Source: Eledone cirrhosa (taxonomy: Eukaryota). From it: DNA of 64,000 nt. Below, one piece after another: positions 26,860-40,976 of this stretch; position 1 is the stretch's first letter; each line of letters begins with the position of its first letter. Position numbers and translations under genes: made by a program. The notes below the pieces were generated by a model that saw only the letters and a program-made list of their open reading frames with translations, did no database searches and was not told where the DNA came from. The stretch spans positions 78,430,001-78,494,000 of the forward strand of contig OZ024747.1 in NCBI GenBank assembly GCA_964016885.1, written 5' to 3'.

Positions 26860-29073
26860 CTACATTTTAAATTTAAATTTATATTTAAACGTTGAGTTTA
26901 ATCTATGTTTGCAACAACTGAATAAATTTGTCCGTAGGTTAAGGGAATTTTTAGATTTTAGTATAAAGAATATCTCCTCTGCGCAGAGGTCACATGTCTC
27001 AGAGGATGAATTAAAAGGAATCCCTCTTGAGACTATATTCCAAGCCGTCGAATATCTAACGTTATCTAGCTTAAGTTGCCAGAGTACACCTGATAGTGCC
27101 GTTGAAGATTTTTTATTTGGATCTGTGAAAGAATTCTTGTGGTTATTATAGCGAAGTTTAAATTCCGTCGATGTGGAACCGACGTAGTTAAAAGAATTAG
27201 AGTCAGTATTAACATTACAATTGTATACTATATTTTTAACTAAGCAGTTGTTATTTAACGGACATTTAGATCTATCTCTACAGTTACATTTGTTAACTTG
27301 TATATTATTTATGCTATTATCAGTAGGTTTTAAGTTCCTATTATTTATTCTATTAATATTTTGTGCTAAATTTTTGGTGGATGAATAGGTTAATTTAATT
27401 GTATGCCTATTGAAGATTGAGTGGTACCTATGTGTTCTAGGGAAGCGATTATCAAGAGCTTTGAAAAATAATTTAGCGATGTGGGTTTTAATGTTTAGTG
27501 AGAAAGGGGGGGCAAACCAAATTATGTTCCTAGTTCTATTTCTTTTTTGTCCTTTGGAATTATTGTAATGCTTTCTATTATAGTTGTTAATGTTGTTGCC
27601 ATAATTAAAAAAGTTGTTACTTTGTTTAGTTTGTTTATCATTATCTATGTACACAATCTTATCAGCATACCCTGCCCTAGCTAGTGCATCATTATAGTAT
27701 TGGGCCTTTTCGTCAAAAATCTTTCTATTCGACGAGATCCTAGAGACACGCTTTTGGACTGAGTTTACTATAGTGTTTTTGACAGATCTGGGGTGGTTAG
27801 AGTTAAAGTTGACATAGTTTAAGTTCTCATTCAACTTGTGAAAAGGATAGTGGAGACATGTGTTGAGATTTAATGTTATATCTAGGAAATTGACTATTCT
27901 ATGGTTGTTCTCAATTTCTATTTTAAGGTTAAAGTAATTAAAAAATTTTGTAATTTGTTTACATTTTCTATTTAGTTCAGGGTTATTATTATTAATGAGT
28001 AAAAGCATGTCATCCCTATATAAACCTCCGGTAGTACCAGGTATTTTCCTATGTAGCGAATTGATTAAAAATAAGCCCACAAGGTCAGTTACTTGAGCTG
28101 AGTCGGAAGATCCCATAGTTATGTCAAAATTGCTATCTCTATCTGCTCTGGTCCATAATTTGTCATCAAATTCTATCAAAGTTTTCCTAGCCGATAATAT
28201 AATATGCATTTCTTTGCTAGTTAGGTCCGTATGTTTGAATGCGTAATTTAGTGCCTTATTTAGTAGACTAGGGGTAATAGAAGAATAATAGTTAGCTATA
28301 TCAAGTTGAATAAACCTATTATTATTGTCATATTTAATTTGCCTAAACCACTCAACAACCTCTCCAGTTCCCTTCCACAAGCTCAGGTTAGATACATAAT
28401 CCAAGTTCTTAATTTGCAGTATCACCCTGTCAAGAATGTTTTTGCTTAATTTGCCCAGGTCCGATTTTGAAGGTGCGATTAATCTAACTGGCAGGTCAAT
28501 CTCAAAATTCCTCTTGTGGTCCTTCATATTGATCTTCGGTTTCCTGGGCACGAAAGGTTGTGTTCTGTTCTCAATTTCCAACTCATGCATTATACAAGAT
28601 GCGTCAACATTCATTTTCACAAGTTCGGTCTTATCTGCTACCTTGTATTTTTTCCTCAGCTCTTTCAGTATGAGGCCATTATACATGTCTTTCTGCACTC
28701 CATAGAGGTTGTTGGTCTTGTCAGATTTCACCAAGATCTTCTCAGTTTTCTCTAAGCTCTCGATGTTATCCTTAATGCCTTTCAGATATTCCTGGCCTTT
28801 AAAGTTTCTCTTGAATTTGACCCCTTGTATGATAGAAATTATATCGTTTTCAAAGTCAGATAAAAGTTTGTTAGGGGGTGGATTTCTTTTAGATTTGAAA
28901 ACTTTGTTTAAGTCCGAGATATTTTCGTCTGCATTAAATTTATCAAAGTGGAATGCACGCCACCTGATTCTCCTTATAAAAGAGTCAGATTTATCTATTA
29001 GTTGTTTTACAAAGTCTTTGTTTCTAGGTAGAGGTATGTCTTTTAGAGAGGAAGTAATCTTAAAGAATTCCAT
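26860..29073 (-). CDS. Penelope-like element RT + GIY-YIG polyprotein, copy 2
   Basis: Translation identical to copy 1 in the ORF track. Confidence 0.93.
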   Translation of the reverse strand: MEFFKITSSLKDIPLPRNKDFVKQLIDKSDSFIRRIRWRAFHFDKFNADENISDLNKVFKSKRNPPPNKLLSDFENDIISIIQGVKFKRNFKGQEYLKGIKDNIESLEKTEKILVKSDKTNNLYGVQKDMYNGLILKELRKKYKVADKTELVKMNVDASCIMHELEIENRTQPFVPRKPKINMKDHKRNFEIDLPVRLIAPSKSDLGKLSKNILDRVILQIKNLDYVSNLSLWKGTGEVVEWFRQIKYDNNNRFIQLDIANYYSSITPSLLNKALNYAFKHTDLTSKEMHIILSARKTLIEFDDKLWTRADRDSNFDITMGSSDSAQVTDLVGLFLINSLHRKIPGTTGGLYRDDMLLLINNNNPELNRKCKQITKFFNYFNLKIEIENNHRIVNFLDITLNLNTCLHYPFHKLNENLNYVNFNSNHPRSVKNTIVNSVQKRVSRISSNRKIFDEKAQYYNDALARAGYADKIVYIDNDKQTKQSNNFFNYGNNINNYNRKHYNNSKGQKRNRTRNIIWFAPPFSLNIKTHIAKLFFKALDNRFPRTHRYHSIFNRHTIKLTYSSTKNLAQNINRINNRNLKPTDNSINNIQVNKCNCRDRSKCPLNNNCLVKNIVYNCNVNTDSNSFNYVGSTSTEFKLRYNNHKNSFTDPNKKSSTALSGVLWQLKLDNVRYSTAWNIVSRGIPFNSSSETCDLCAEEIFFILKSKNSLNLRTNLFSCCKHRLNSTFKYKFKFKM

Positions 29074-29252
29074 TTTTCAGTTATAATATAAAGCGCTCAA
29101 CAGTATTGGAGCAAGATACATGTAAAGTTATATTTAAAATTGTTGGGTTACAACTAGTAAATATTTATAACTGATATAAAAGCACTCGACAAATACTTGG
29201 AGTATATTTACAATATTACATAAATGGAAAACTATATTTATAAAACCATATT

Positions 29253-29318
29253 TATTTCATTATATATATTTCGGGGATATCATATTAACAATATGCTATG
29301 CCTTCATCAGACAAAATA
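29253..29318 (-). ncRNA. Minimal hammerhead ribozyme, array copy 3
   Basis: Identical to 21232-21297. Confidence 0.8.
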
Positions 29319-29684
29319 CAATATAAACAGTTTTATAGATAAATATATTCGACATACCGTAATAAACATCAACTTCATTTGAAGAGGTTCACTCTAGCAG
29401 TGAAAATACAGAGAGAAAGAAAGAGAGAGAGAAAAGAGGGAAATAAGAAAGAAAGAAAGACGAAACGAAGAAAAGGAAGAAAAAGAAGAAAAAGAAGAAA
29501 TGCATGGGACAAAATAGAGAGATGGAAAAAATAGATAAAGCGAAGAGCTTCATGTAAAGAGACCGAAAGAGATATATATATATATAGAGAGAGAGAGGAA
29601 ATAGAGATAGATACATATATAAATATAGATATAGAAAAATTAGGTAGTGGGAGGTCATTTTGAGTAAGTGTATCAATGATGCAT

Positions 29685-29719
<35 letters not shown>

Positions 29720-30870
29720 GCTCAAGTATTAATGTAAGGGAGATATAGAGAGATATAGAGAGATATAGAGAGAGAAAAATTTAAAAATAGCCAGACATAT
29801 TCGAGGCGTAGAAAACCCTATGTTTTAATGTATTAGTATTTATAAAACTTACACTATATTGTAAATATCAGTATTCCTGAATGAAACAAGTATTCACAAT
29901 GCGTGAAAATTCATTATCTTATGTTTAGTTTTTAAAAAAAAAAATTCATATGTCTATGTGAATCCAACTGATTCACTCCGCAAATTCAAAGTTACCGGAA
30001 AACATTCTCAATGTGGTATAAACATTTGAGCGTATTATTATTCTTGCGATTACTCTACAAGATTATCTATCAAGCAGAAATAGAGAGCAGATTTCAATAT
30101 ACTAATCGAAAATATATATTATATTATAAGCAGAGATAACAATAATAATGATAATAAGTAAAAATATATAAAAATATATAAAAATATAAAAATATAGAAT
30201 AGAAAACTAAAAAAGAATATTACGAAAGAATATTACATAATAAAAATATTGCATATTAAAAATACTACGTATTAAAAATATTACGTATTAAAACTTTACA
30301 TATAAAAATATTAAAAATAAAAATAAAATAAAATAAAAAATAAAATAAAAATATAAAAATATTATAGAATACTACAATACTAAAAGAATAAAAATAAAAA
30401 TAAAAATAAAAATAAAAATAAAAATAAAAATAAAAATAAAAATAAAAATGAAAATAAAAAATAAAAAATAAAAAATAAAAAAGAAAATAAAAAATAAACC
30501 ACAAAGAACAACCCTTCAAGGTTAATTGACAATATATTGCCAAGTTCACTACAAGACAAAGCCAAAAATTATCTATCAAATCACACCTAGCAAGGAATAT
30601 CGCAAAAAAAAAGATTATGATGTCCAATAATGTCTACATATGTTCCTATATTTAATATATAAGTTTATCAAGTGTAAGGTTAATTCATAAAATTTGGAGC
30701 ATCGGCTTTTAGGGTAGCTTAATTTTTCATGAGGAATGTTTAGATAAAAAAAATAAATAAAAATAAAAATAAATACAATAAAATAAACAGTAAAAAGAGG
30801 GAATCAAAGATTTAGGAATCAAAAGATTTATCGGCTAGTTCTCATATAAATATAAATCAAACTAAATATA

Positions 30871-33084
30871 CTACATTTTAAATTTAAATTTATATTTAAA
30901 CGTTGAGTTTAATCTATGTTTGCAACAACTGAATAAATTTGTCCGTAGGTTAAGGGAATTTTTAGATTTTAGTATAAAGAATATCTCCTCTGCGCAGAGG
31001 TCACATGTCTCAGAGGATGAATTAAAAGGAATCCCTCTTGAGACTATATTCCAAGCCGTCGAATATCTAACGTTATCTAGCTTAAGTTGCCAGAGTACAC
31101 CTGATAGTGCCGTTGAAGATTTTTTATTTGGATCTGTGAAAGAATTCTTGTGGTTATTATAGCGAAGTTTAAATTCCGTCGATGTGGAACCGACGTAGTT
31201 AAAAGAATTAGAGTCAGTATTAACATTACAATTGTATACTATATTTTTAACTAAGCAGTTGTTATTTAACGGACATTTAGATCTATCTCTACAGTTACAT
31301 TTGTTAACTTGTATATTATTTATGCTATTATCAGTAGGTTTTAAGTTCCTATTATTTATTCTATTAATATTTTGTGCTAAATTTTTGGTGGATGAATAGG
31401 TTAATTTAATTGTATGCCTATTGAAGATTGAGTGGTACCTATGTGTTCTAGGGAAGCGATTATCAAGAGCTTTGAAAAATAATTTAGCGATGTGGGTTTT
31501 AATGTTTAGTGAGAAAGGGGGGGCAAACCAAATTATGTTCCTAGTTCTATTTCTTTTTTGTCCTTTGGAATTATTGTAATGCTTTCTATTATAGTTGTTA
31601 ATGTTGTTGCCATAATTAAAAAAGTTGTTACTTTGTTTAGTTTGTTTATCATTATCTATGTACACAATCTTATCAGCATACCCTGCCCTAGCTAGTGCAT
31701 CATTATAGTATTGGGCCTTTTCGTCAAAAATCTTTCTATTCGACGAGATCCTAGAGACACGCTTTTGGACTGAGTTTACTATAGTGTTTTTGACAGATCT
31801 GGGGTGGTTAGAGTTAAAGTTGACATAGTTTAAGTTCTCATTCAACTTGTGAAAAGGATAGTGGAGACATGTGTTGAGATTTAATGTTATATCTAGGAAA
31901 TTGACTATTCTATGGTTGTTCTCAATTTCTATTTTAAGGTTAAAGTAATTAAAAAATTTTGTAATTTGTTTACATTTTCTATTTAGTTCAGGGTTATTAT
32001 TATTAATGAGTAAAAGCATGTCATCCCTATATAAACCTCCGGTAGTACCAGGTATTTTCCTATGTAGCGAATTGATTAAAAATAAGCCCACAAGGTCAGT
32101 TACTTGAGCTGAGTCGGAAGATCCCATAGTTATGTCAAAATTGCTATCTCTATCTGCTCTGGTCCATAATTTGTCATCAAATTCTATCAAAGTTTTCCTA
32201 GCCGATAATATAATATGCATTTCTTTGCTAGTTAGGTCCGTATGTTTGAATGCGTAATTTAGTGCCTTATTTAGTAGACTAGGGGTAATAGAAGAATAAT
32301 AGTTAGCTATATCAAGTTGAATAAACCTATTATTATTGTCATATTTAATTTGCCTAAACCACTCAACAACCTCTCCAGTTCCCTTCCACAAGCTCAGGTT
32401 AGATACATAATCCAAGTTCTTAATTTGCAGTATCACCCTGTCAAGAATGTTTTTGCTTAATTTGCCCAGGTCCGATTTTGAAGGTGCGATTAATCTAACT
32501 GGCAGGTCAATCTCAAAATTCCTCTTGTGGTCCTTCATATTGATCTTCGGTTTCCTGGGCACGAAAGGTTGTGTTCTGTTCTCAATTTCCAACTCATGCA
32601 TTATACAAGATGCGTCAACATTCATTTTCACAAGTTCGGTCTTATCTGCTACCTTGTATTTTTTCCTCAGCTCTTTCAGTATGAGGCCATTATACATGTC
32701 TTTCTGCACTCCATAGAGGTTGTTGGTCTTGTCAGATTTCACCAAGATCTTCTCAGTTTTCTCTAAGCTCTCGATGTTATCCTTAATGCCTTTCAGATAT
32801 TCCTGGCCTTTAAAGTTTCTCTTGAATTTGACCCCTTGTATGATAGAAATTATATCGTTTTCAAAGTCAGATAAAAGTTTGTTAGGGGGTGGATTTCTTT
32901 TAGATTTGAAAACTTTGTTTAAGTCCGAGATATTTTCGTCTGCATTAAATTTATCAAAGTGGAATGCACGCCACCTGATTCTCCTTATAAAAGAGTCAGA
33001 TTTATCTATTAGTTGTTTTACAAAGTCTTTGTTTCTAGGTAGAGGTATGTCTTTTAGAGAGGAAGTAATCTTAAAGAATTCCAT
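30871..33084 (-). CDS. Penelope-like element RT + GIY-YIG polyprotein, copy 3
   Basis: Translation identical to copy 1 in the ORF track. Confidence 0.93.
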   Translation of the reverse strand: MEFFKITSSLKDIPLPRNKDFVKQLIDKSDSFIRRIRWRAFHFDKFNADENISDLNKVFKSKRNPPPNKLLSDFENDIISIIQGVKFKRNFKGQEYLKGIKDNIESLEKTEKILVKSDKTNNLYGVQKDMYNGLILKELRKKYKVADKTELVKMNVDASCIMHELEIENRTQPFVPRKPKINMKDHKRNFEIDLPVRLIAPSKSDLGKLSKNILDRVILQIKNLDYVSNLSLWKGTGEVVEWFRQIKYDNNNRFIQLDIANYYSSITPSLLNKALNYAFKHTDLTSKEMHIILSARKTLIEFDDKLWTRADRDSNFDITMGSSDSAQVTDLVGLFLINSLHRKIPGTTGGLYRDDMLLLINNNNPELNRKCKQITKFFNYFNLKIEIENNHRIVNFLDITLNLNTCLHYPFHKLNENLNYVNFNSNHPRSVKNTIVNSVQKRVSRISSNRKIFDEKAQYYNDALARAGYADKIVYIDNDKQTKQSNNFFNYGNNINNYNRKHYNNSKGQKRNRTRNIIWFAPPFSLNIKTHIAKLFFKALDNRFPRTHRYHSIFNRHTIKLTYSSTKNLAQNINRINNRNLKPTDNSINNIQVNKCNCRDRSKCPLNNNCLVKNIVYNCNVNTDSNSFNYVGSTSTEFKLRYNNHKNSFTDPNKKSSTALSGVLWQLKLDNVRYSTAWNIVSRGIPFNSSSETCDLCAEEIFFILKSKNSLNLRTNLFSCCKHRLNSTFKYKFKFKM

Positions 33085-33263
33085 TTTTCAGTTATAATAT
33101 AAAGCGCTCAACAGTATTGGAGCAAGATACATGTAAAGTTATATTTAAAATTGTTGGGTTACAACTAGTAAATATTTATAACTGATATAAAAGCACTCGA
33201 CAAATACTTGGAGTATATTTACAATATTACATAAATGGAAAACTATATTTATAAAACCATATT

Positions 33264-33329
33264 TATTTCATTATATATATTTCGGGGATATCATATTAAC
33301 AATATGCTATGCCTTCATCAGACAAAATA
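33264..33329 (-). ncRNA. Minimal hammerhead ribozyme, array copy 4
   Basis: Identical to 21232-21297. Confidence 0.8.
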
Positions 33330-33695
33330 CAATATAAACAGTTTTATAGATAAATATATTCGACATACCGTAATAAACATCAACTTCATTTGAAGAGGTT
33401 CACTCTAGCAGTGAAAATACAGAGAGAAAGAAAGAGAGAGAGAAAAGAGGGAAATAAGAAAGAAAGAAAGACGAAACGAAGAAAAGGAAGAAAAAGAAGA
33501 AAAAGAAGAAATGCATGGGACAAAATAGAGAGATGGAAAAAATAGATAAAGCGAAGAGCTTCATGTAAAGAGACCGAAAGAGATATATATATATATAGAG
33601 AGAGAGAGGAAATAGAGATAGATACATATATAAATATAGATATAGAAAAATTAGGTAGTGGGAGGTCATTTTGAGTAAGTGTATCAATGATGCAT

Positions 33696-33730
<35 letters not shown>

Positions 33731-34618
33731 GCTCAAGTATTAATGTAAGGGAGATATAGAGAGATATAGAGAGATATAGAGAGAGAAAAATTTAAAAATA
33801 GCCAGACATATTCGAGGCGTAGAAAACCCTATGTTTTAATGTATTAGTATTTATAAAACTTACACTATATTGTAAATATCAGTATTCCTGAATGAAACAA
33901 GTATTCACAATGCGTGAAAATTCATTATCTTATGTTTAGTTTTTAAAAAAAAAAAATTCATATGTCTATGTGAATCCAACTGATTCACTCCGCAAATTCA
34001 AAGTTACCGGAAAACATTCTCAATGTGGTATAAACATTTGAGCGTATTATTATTCTTGCGATTACTCTACAAGATTATCTATCAAGCAGAAATAGAGAGC
34101 AGATTTCAATATACTAATCGAAAATATATATTATATTATAAGCAGAGATAACAATAATAATGATAATAAGTAAAAATATATAAAAATATATAAAAATATA
34201 AAAATATAGAATAGAAAACTAAAAAAGAATATTACGAAAGAATATTACATAATAAAAATATTGCATATTAAAAATACTACGTATTAAAAATATTACGTAT
34301 TAAAACTTTACATATAAAAATATTAAAAATAAAAATAAAATAAAATAAAAAATAAAATAAAAATATAAAAATATTATAGAATACTACAATACTAAAAGAA
34401 TAAAAATAAAAATAAAAATAAAAATAAAAATAAAAATAAATATATATATATATATATACTAGTGGACCTGTGTCGTCAATAATTACGGCGATAGTATTGT
34501 ACATCGCATAAGAGAAACTATATAGTTCATGTTGATCACTGCACTGACACGTGGAAGTGAGCCAAGAGAATACAAATCAAAACAACAAAAGATATTTCAA
34601 TAATTTTTATGTCTAGGA

Positions 34619-34785
34619 TATTGGTTCCCAGAGTGGGTTCCACAAAGGAGTTTCTGGGGTTCCATGAAAAAAGATAGCGGAGTATATTTATATTACGACC
34701 ATATAACTGTATTAGATTTTGGAGTTCCCTCAAAGGTTTCTGATCCAAAAAGGGTTGCGCGTCTGAAAAGGTTTGGGAAATCCTG
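34619..34785. mobile_element. hAT-type MITE
   Basis: 8-bp direct repeat GTCTAGGA at 34611-34618 and 34786-34793; degenerate TIRs (tattggttcccaga / tttgggaaatcctg). Confidence 0.65.
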
Positions 34786-35084
34786 GTCTAGGATATAATT
34801 ACATAAATATTCAGCATGTATGTAGAAATGACATACTGGATTAAATGTGTGAGTAATTTCGGAGAAATAACTATTTACAGAGACAAATGTAGGGTTTAAA
34901 CCCAAGACCTTTTGTGGTTGGAAAGTGAACTTATTGTAGTCACAGGACTGAAATAGGAAATGCATTATGTGCGCGCGCGCGCGCGCGTGTGTGTAAATTT
35001 TAAAGGATTACAGATAGAGATATATATAAATATACTTACACACGTGGCGTATTATTATGGTTGGTGTCTGCGTGTATGTATAAA

Positions 35085-35183
35085 TACAGGGTGCCCTGAA
35101 AACTGTATACACACTTTGATTACCTATACAGGCAATATTTATTAGAATGCTGTTGAAGTGTGTATACATTTTTTGAGGACACC
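35085..35183. mobile_element. Tc1/mariner-type MITE remnant
   Basis: TA-CAGGGTGCCCTGAAAACTGTATACACACTT is inverted relative to AAGTGTGTATACATTTTTTGAGGACACC. Confidence 0.55.
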
Positions 35184-36827
35184 AACCATAATAACACACC
35201 ACGTGTGTATATATATACTTTTCTTTTTTTTCCTTCATATCTTGTTTTCTTCTTATCCACTGTCCACCTCTGTTTCTCCCCCTCCTCCCCCTCCTCCTCC
35301 TCTCTTTCTCTCCCTCCACTCCCTTCTCATTCTCTCTGTTCATCTCACTTTCCCACGATCCATTATACTCTCTCCCTCTCTGTCAGTTTATCTCTCTTCT
35401 TCTCAACCTTCCCCCTCTTCAATCACTTCTCTCATCTTCCACACTTCTCTCACCTCAACAACAACAACAACAATACTGTCGCCCCAACATTGTTCTCACA
35501 ACCACCTGGGAACAGGGACGACCACCCTATCTTCCTCACCTACGACACCATCCAATTGTAAACATCAGATTATCTCGATACTGTCCACCTTAGGGCAGTG
35601 GATTGGCAGTATCGGTAGAGAGTCTGACGCCATGCTTTGACGTATAGAGTTACGGCCCTTTACGATCTGAGTTCAAATAGCGCCGAGGTTAATTTTACTT
35701 TTCATCCTTACGGGGTCGATAAAATAAAGTACCAGTAATGTACTGGCCTTGTGCCAAAAGTAGAAACAATTATTAATATACATATGAATGAAAACAGCCT
35801 TCCATATTCAGCGAGATTTATCTTGTAATGGTTTTATTAATACAAACAATATACAAGACACATGTAATCACTGAATTGTGTTATGTGTTATTGACAATGA
35901 TACAACCGTATTATTATGGCGAGTACATTCATAAGACACAACTTATTCAACATATGGATAATACCCACATGAATGAAAACAACCTTTCATAATGAATGAG
36001 TCAACAAAATGTCGTCTGTATTTATATTATAATAACTTTAAATGGAATTATTGTTATCATTTATATAGCTAGTTTTTGTTTTGGAAATGTAACATTATCA
36101 TTGAGAAAAATGAAAAAAGAAAGGAAATGATTCAAGAAGATGAAATTTTATCTAAAGGACAACACACTTAAACAAGTCGTTTTGTTCTGGCCAAATGATT
36201 CCTTATAGATTACTAAGAGTTAAAATGACAACACAATTCTGCAATGACAGCTATTAAAACTGTGTAGATCACTATAGTAAACCAAGTGAATCTGTTATAG
36301 CAGATCACCCAAACTATTATTCTGCTACGGTCTGCATATGTAATGCTTTAACTATGGAATTAAAGCGAAGAAACAATCTGTGATACATATACACCATATA
36401 TACAGAGCTGTCAACTCTCCCCGTCCCACGTGGAGATCTTCCACCCACTTTGGGGTGGGTGAGAGATGTCTTCTCTTGTGAAAATAGGTATAGCTTTCAT
36501 TATGTAAAATCTCCCCATTTTCCCTCATTTCTCCCCGTTTTGTGGAACTTTTTTTCATAGCACTAACCCTGTTTGGGGTTTTTAGAGGTTGGCAGGTCTG
36601 TATATATTATTCTTAAAACAATTGATGGATAAACTATGGAACGAATTCTAGTCATATTATAGAGAAAGCTAATGAAGAGAGTTATATTTGAAGAATCAAG
36701 CGCAGTACTGGGCTGGTACTTCTTCAACGACGGGATTTGAAATTGCAAACCGACACAAACACCGTAAAGCATTCTGTCTGACGATCTAACAACTCAGCCA
36801 ATTCGCCGCCATATATAAATAGTCATG

Positions 36828-37018
36828 GGTGGATTGGCAGTATCGGTAGAGGGTCGGACGCCATGCTTTGACGCATAGAGTTACGGCCCTTGCCATTCTG
36901 AGTTCAAATCCCGCCGAGGTTAACTTTGCCTTTCGTCCTTACGGGGTCGATAAAATAAAGTACCAGTAATACACTGGGTAATTGCTGGCCTTGTGCCTAA
37001 CGTAGAACAATTATTATT
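36828..37018 (+). mobile_element. tRNA-derived SINE family A, representative full copy
   Basis: A-box TGGCAGTATCGG, B-box GAGTTCAAATCC, central GCCTTTC.TCCTTACGGGGTCGATAAAATAAAGTACCAG, tail ACAATTATTATT. Other copies at about 5063-5190(-), 8840-9026(+), 10609-10710(-), 13938-14025(-), 17087-17240(+), 20630-20806(-), 35594-35775(+), 38286-38462(-), 52750-52895(+), 58570-58730(+) and 61930-62095(-). Confidence 0.85.
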
Positions 37019-37919
37019 GTGGTGTTAAGGTATTATTATTTCTTTTTTTCTGAATAGAAATATAATGGAAATTCAAAATTATGAAAATGGTGATCAAATA
37101 CGACTGACTTCAACACCTTTGCGATGTTGGAAGACTTTAGTATCAACAGTTTTAACTAATAACACGGGAATATTATATGCTCGTGTAGTAATTGCGCCCA
37201 ACCTGTAGGTTGTGGCCAAGTTAAGGACCCACCATCAGATGTTTAAAGACATATTGGGCCATGTAGAATGTAGTGAAGGCGTGAATGTAGTGAAGGCTTA
37301 GTGGTGAGAGCATTGGGCTTGCAATCAAAAGGTTGTGAGTTCAATTCTCGAACCGGGTGATGTGTTGTGGGGTCCCTATCATTAAATCACCCAAGACATC
37401 TCCAACGAGATATGCCTTGGAGGAGGCCAGCTAGGAGGTATAGGTGTAAACAGTCTCTCACACACACCAACACACACACACACACATGTAGAATAAAACT
37501 GGGGTATATACTCTCACCTTTTACCAGAGCAAGGCTGACATCGTACTTGCTGTTTACAGATTCTTATTAGTCAGAGTTCGTTTAGCTGGGTTGCGAGAGA
37601 AGAGCAAACAGCTCGTATCTATCGAGACAATACATCTTATCTTTGTTATTGTTAAGTTAATTGGAATTAGACATTTCCATGCAACAACTCAGCGGGAGGA
37701 CTGAAATAGTCAGTGTAGCGAATAATGAAACAAAAATAAATGGCGCGCATACATGCAGGACGCTAACTTCATACGTTATATATATGCAGGTATATGTATA
37801 TATATATTTATATATTTCTGTATATATATATATATATATATATTTCTGCATATATATGTTTTTGTGTATATATGCATACACACACACAGGACGCTAACTT
37901 CATACGTTATATATATATA

Positions 37920-37990
<71 letters not shown>

Positions 37991-38792
37991 TAAAATAAGA
38001 GATTAAAGTTTAAGCAAAGAATCGCTGCTTTCACCCTTAACGGGATCTTCTATATATATATATAGGTTTCTGTGTATATATATATATGCATACACACACA
38101 AACATACGTATATATGTGTATGTATATATCTATGCATATATATGTATGCGTATATATGTATATATCATATATATATATATATCATATATAAATATATATA
38201 TATATATATATACTATATTCTGTACGTGGAGAGAAATCCTTTTTTAGCGAAACGAATTCGCGATTGTCTTTGTCAGTTAACTTCAATAATTGTTTCTACT
38301 TTTGGCACAAGGCCAGCAATTATTCCAGTACATTACTGGTACTTTATTTTATCGACCCCGTAAGGATGAAAGGGAAAGTTTATCTCGGCGGGATTTGAAC
38401 TCAGAATGGTAAGGGCCGTAACTCTATGCATCAAAGCATGGTGTCCGACCCTCTACCAATACTTCAATAATGATAACACGATATTATCTCGCAAGCACAG
38501 GGCAGCTTTCGATTGGTCACTCTTTCCAACGAATCGAGATACAAATTGGATGAAATTAACAAAAAATCGTTTTGGAATTGCTAATCATTTTGTTCCTCAG
38601 ACACGGCTACTGTAAGGTAACTTTCCAGTTGAATTGACTGGGGCAATGTGATATAAGGTGAGTTGTTGAAGAACCCTACGTTTCGCCTGGAATCAAGCTC
38701 ACGACATTATAATCGGGAGCCGTACACTTTAAACACTCAGCCATGCATATACATTCATACATACACACATACATACATGAATACACACACAT

Positions 38793-38855
<63 letters not shown>

Positions 38856-38857
38856 CA

Positions 38858-38888
<31 letters not shown>

Positions 38889-39059
38889 ATAGCAAAATTT
38901 AATAATTTTGATTATTTCATTCAAATGAAACAGTTCTAGTCCTGTAGAAGCCATTTCTATATTAAATGTTGTTGTATACACTCACACTCTACAAATGTAT
39001 TGAGTACCTTACTTACACACACACACACATACACATAGTCTTCAAATTTATTATTATTA

Positions 39060-39111
<52 letters not shown>

Positions 39112-39453
39112 AATATGATAATAATGGAGCTGCGGCGTTGCAAATGGGTTACATATGAAAAAGTAAGTCCTTCATCAGTGGCCATCCAACCGTCATAGGC
39201 ATTTCATCACTTTAAAGGCCATATACCTCAGGTTGGTGCGAACAACGGCTAAAAAAAGTCGTTGGGACACGTAAATAAAGGGGACGCTGGGGTGAACAAA
39301 CAAAATGGTTTAAGCAACAGAAAATATATATATATATATATATAGTAATAATAATAAATTTGAAGACTAAAATCGAAAGAGGGGTCGATAAGGAAAATAT
39401 ATATCAAATATATAAGAACCGTAGAGCAAATATTTATTAAAATAACAGATTAA

Positions 39454-39504
39454 AGTTTAAGCAAAGAATCGCTGCTTTCACCCTTAACGGGATCTTCTGA
39501 AACT
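39454..39504 (-). ncRNA. Hammerhead-like motif with variant core, fifth family
   Basis: Minus strand: AGTTT-CAGAAGA-tCCCgttaaGGGt-GAAA-GCAgcgattcttTGC-TT^-AAACT. A near-identical truncated copy is at 37984-38051. Confidence 0.55.
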
Positions 39505-39600
39505 AGCACTTATATATATATATATCCAGTTAGGGGTAGTGAGTGCTCTGTACTATGGTTAGTTTTGTACAGCCGACCATGTTATTCACTCATTCACTAC

Positions 39601-40241
<641 letters not shown>

Positions 40242-40586
40242 GCGAGTGTATGTGTTATGTCAAACTTTTATAAAGATAGAGAAGTCTGATTAATTGAATC
40301 GATGACATCATTATTGTATAAATTACTAATCAACTCCATAGTGATAAAAAGTTCAAAGTTACCCCGGTAACATTTGAGCTGAGAAGAGTAATGTAATTTA
40401 TATAGGTTCATCTCTGGGCGTTTCAGGTGTATTGTTTAGGGGAAGACAACAGTGAAGATATCACGACCAACATATGTCTGCTATCTTTCTCTCTTTATTA
40501 AAACAAAATAGAATAAAATAAAATAAAAACATACCTGTTACTATACTTTCCTTTGATGTGTATTGTTAGTCAAAAATGTTTATTCG

Positions 40587-40644
<58 letters not shown>

Positions 40645-40665
40645 AGGTAAAAGAAAAAAAAGAGA

Positions 40666-40770
<105 letters not shown>

Positions 40771-40907
40771 CATACATACATACATATATACATATACATA
40801 CATACACATATATATATATATATGTGTGTGTATGTGTGTAAAAGTAATAACAAAAAAAACACCACAGTACTGTACAATACACCTCTCTCTCTCTCTATCT
40901 CTATCTA

Positions 40908-40976
<69 letters not shown>

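Noticed and set aside
36828-36915. tRNA genes at A/B-box motifs
   Set aside because: No complete cloverleaf; each continues into the shared SINE body.
39110-39325. CTGATGA on the minus strand at 39172-39178 as another hammerhead
   Set aside because: No downstream GAAA with consistent stems could be built.
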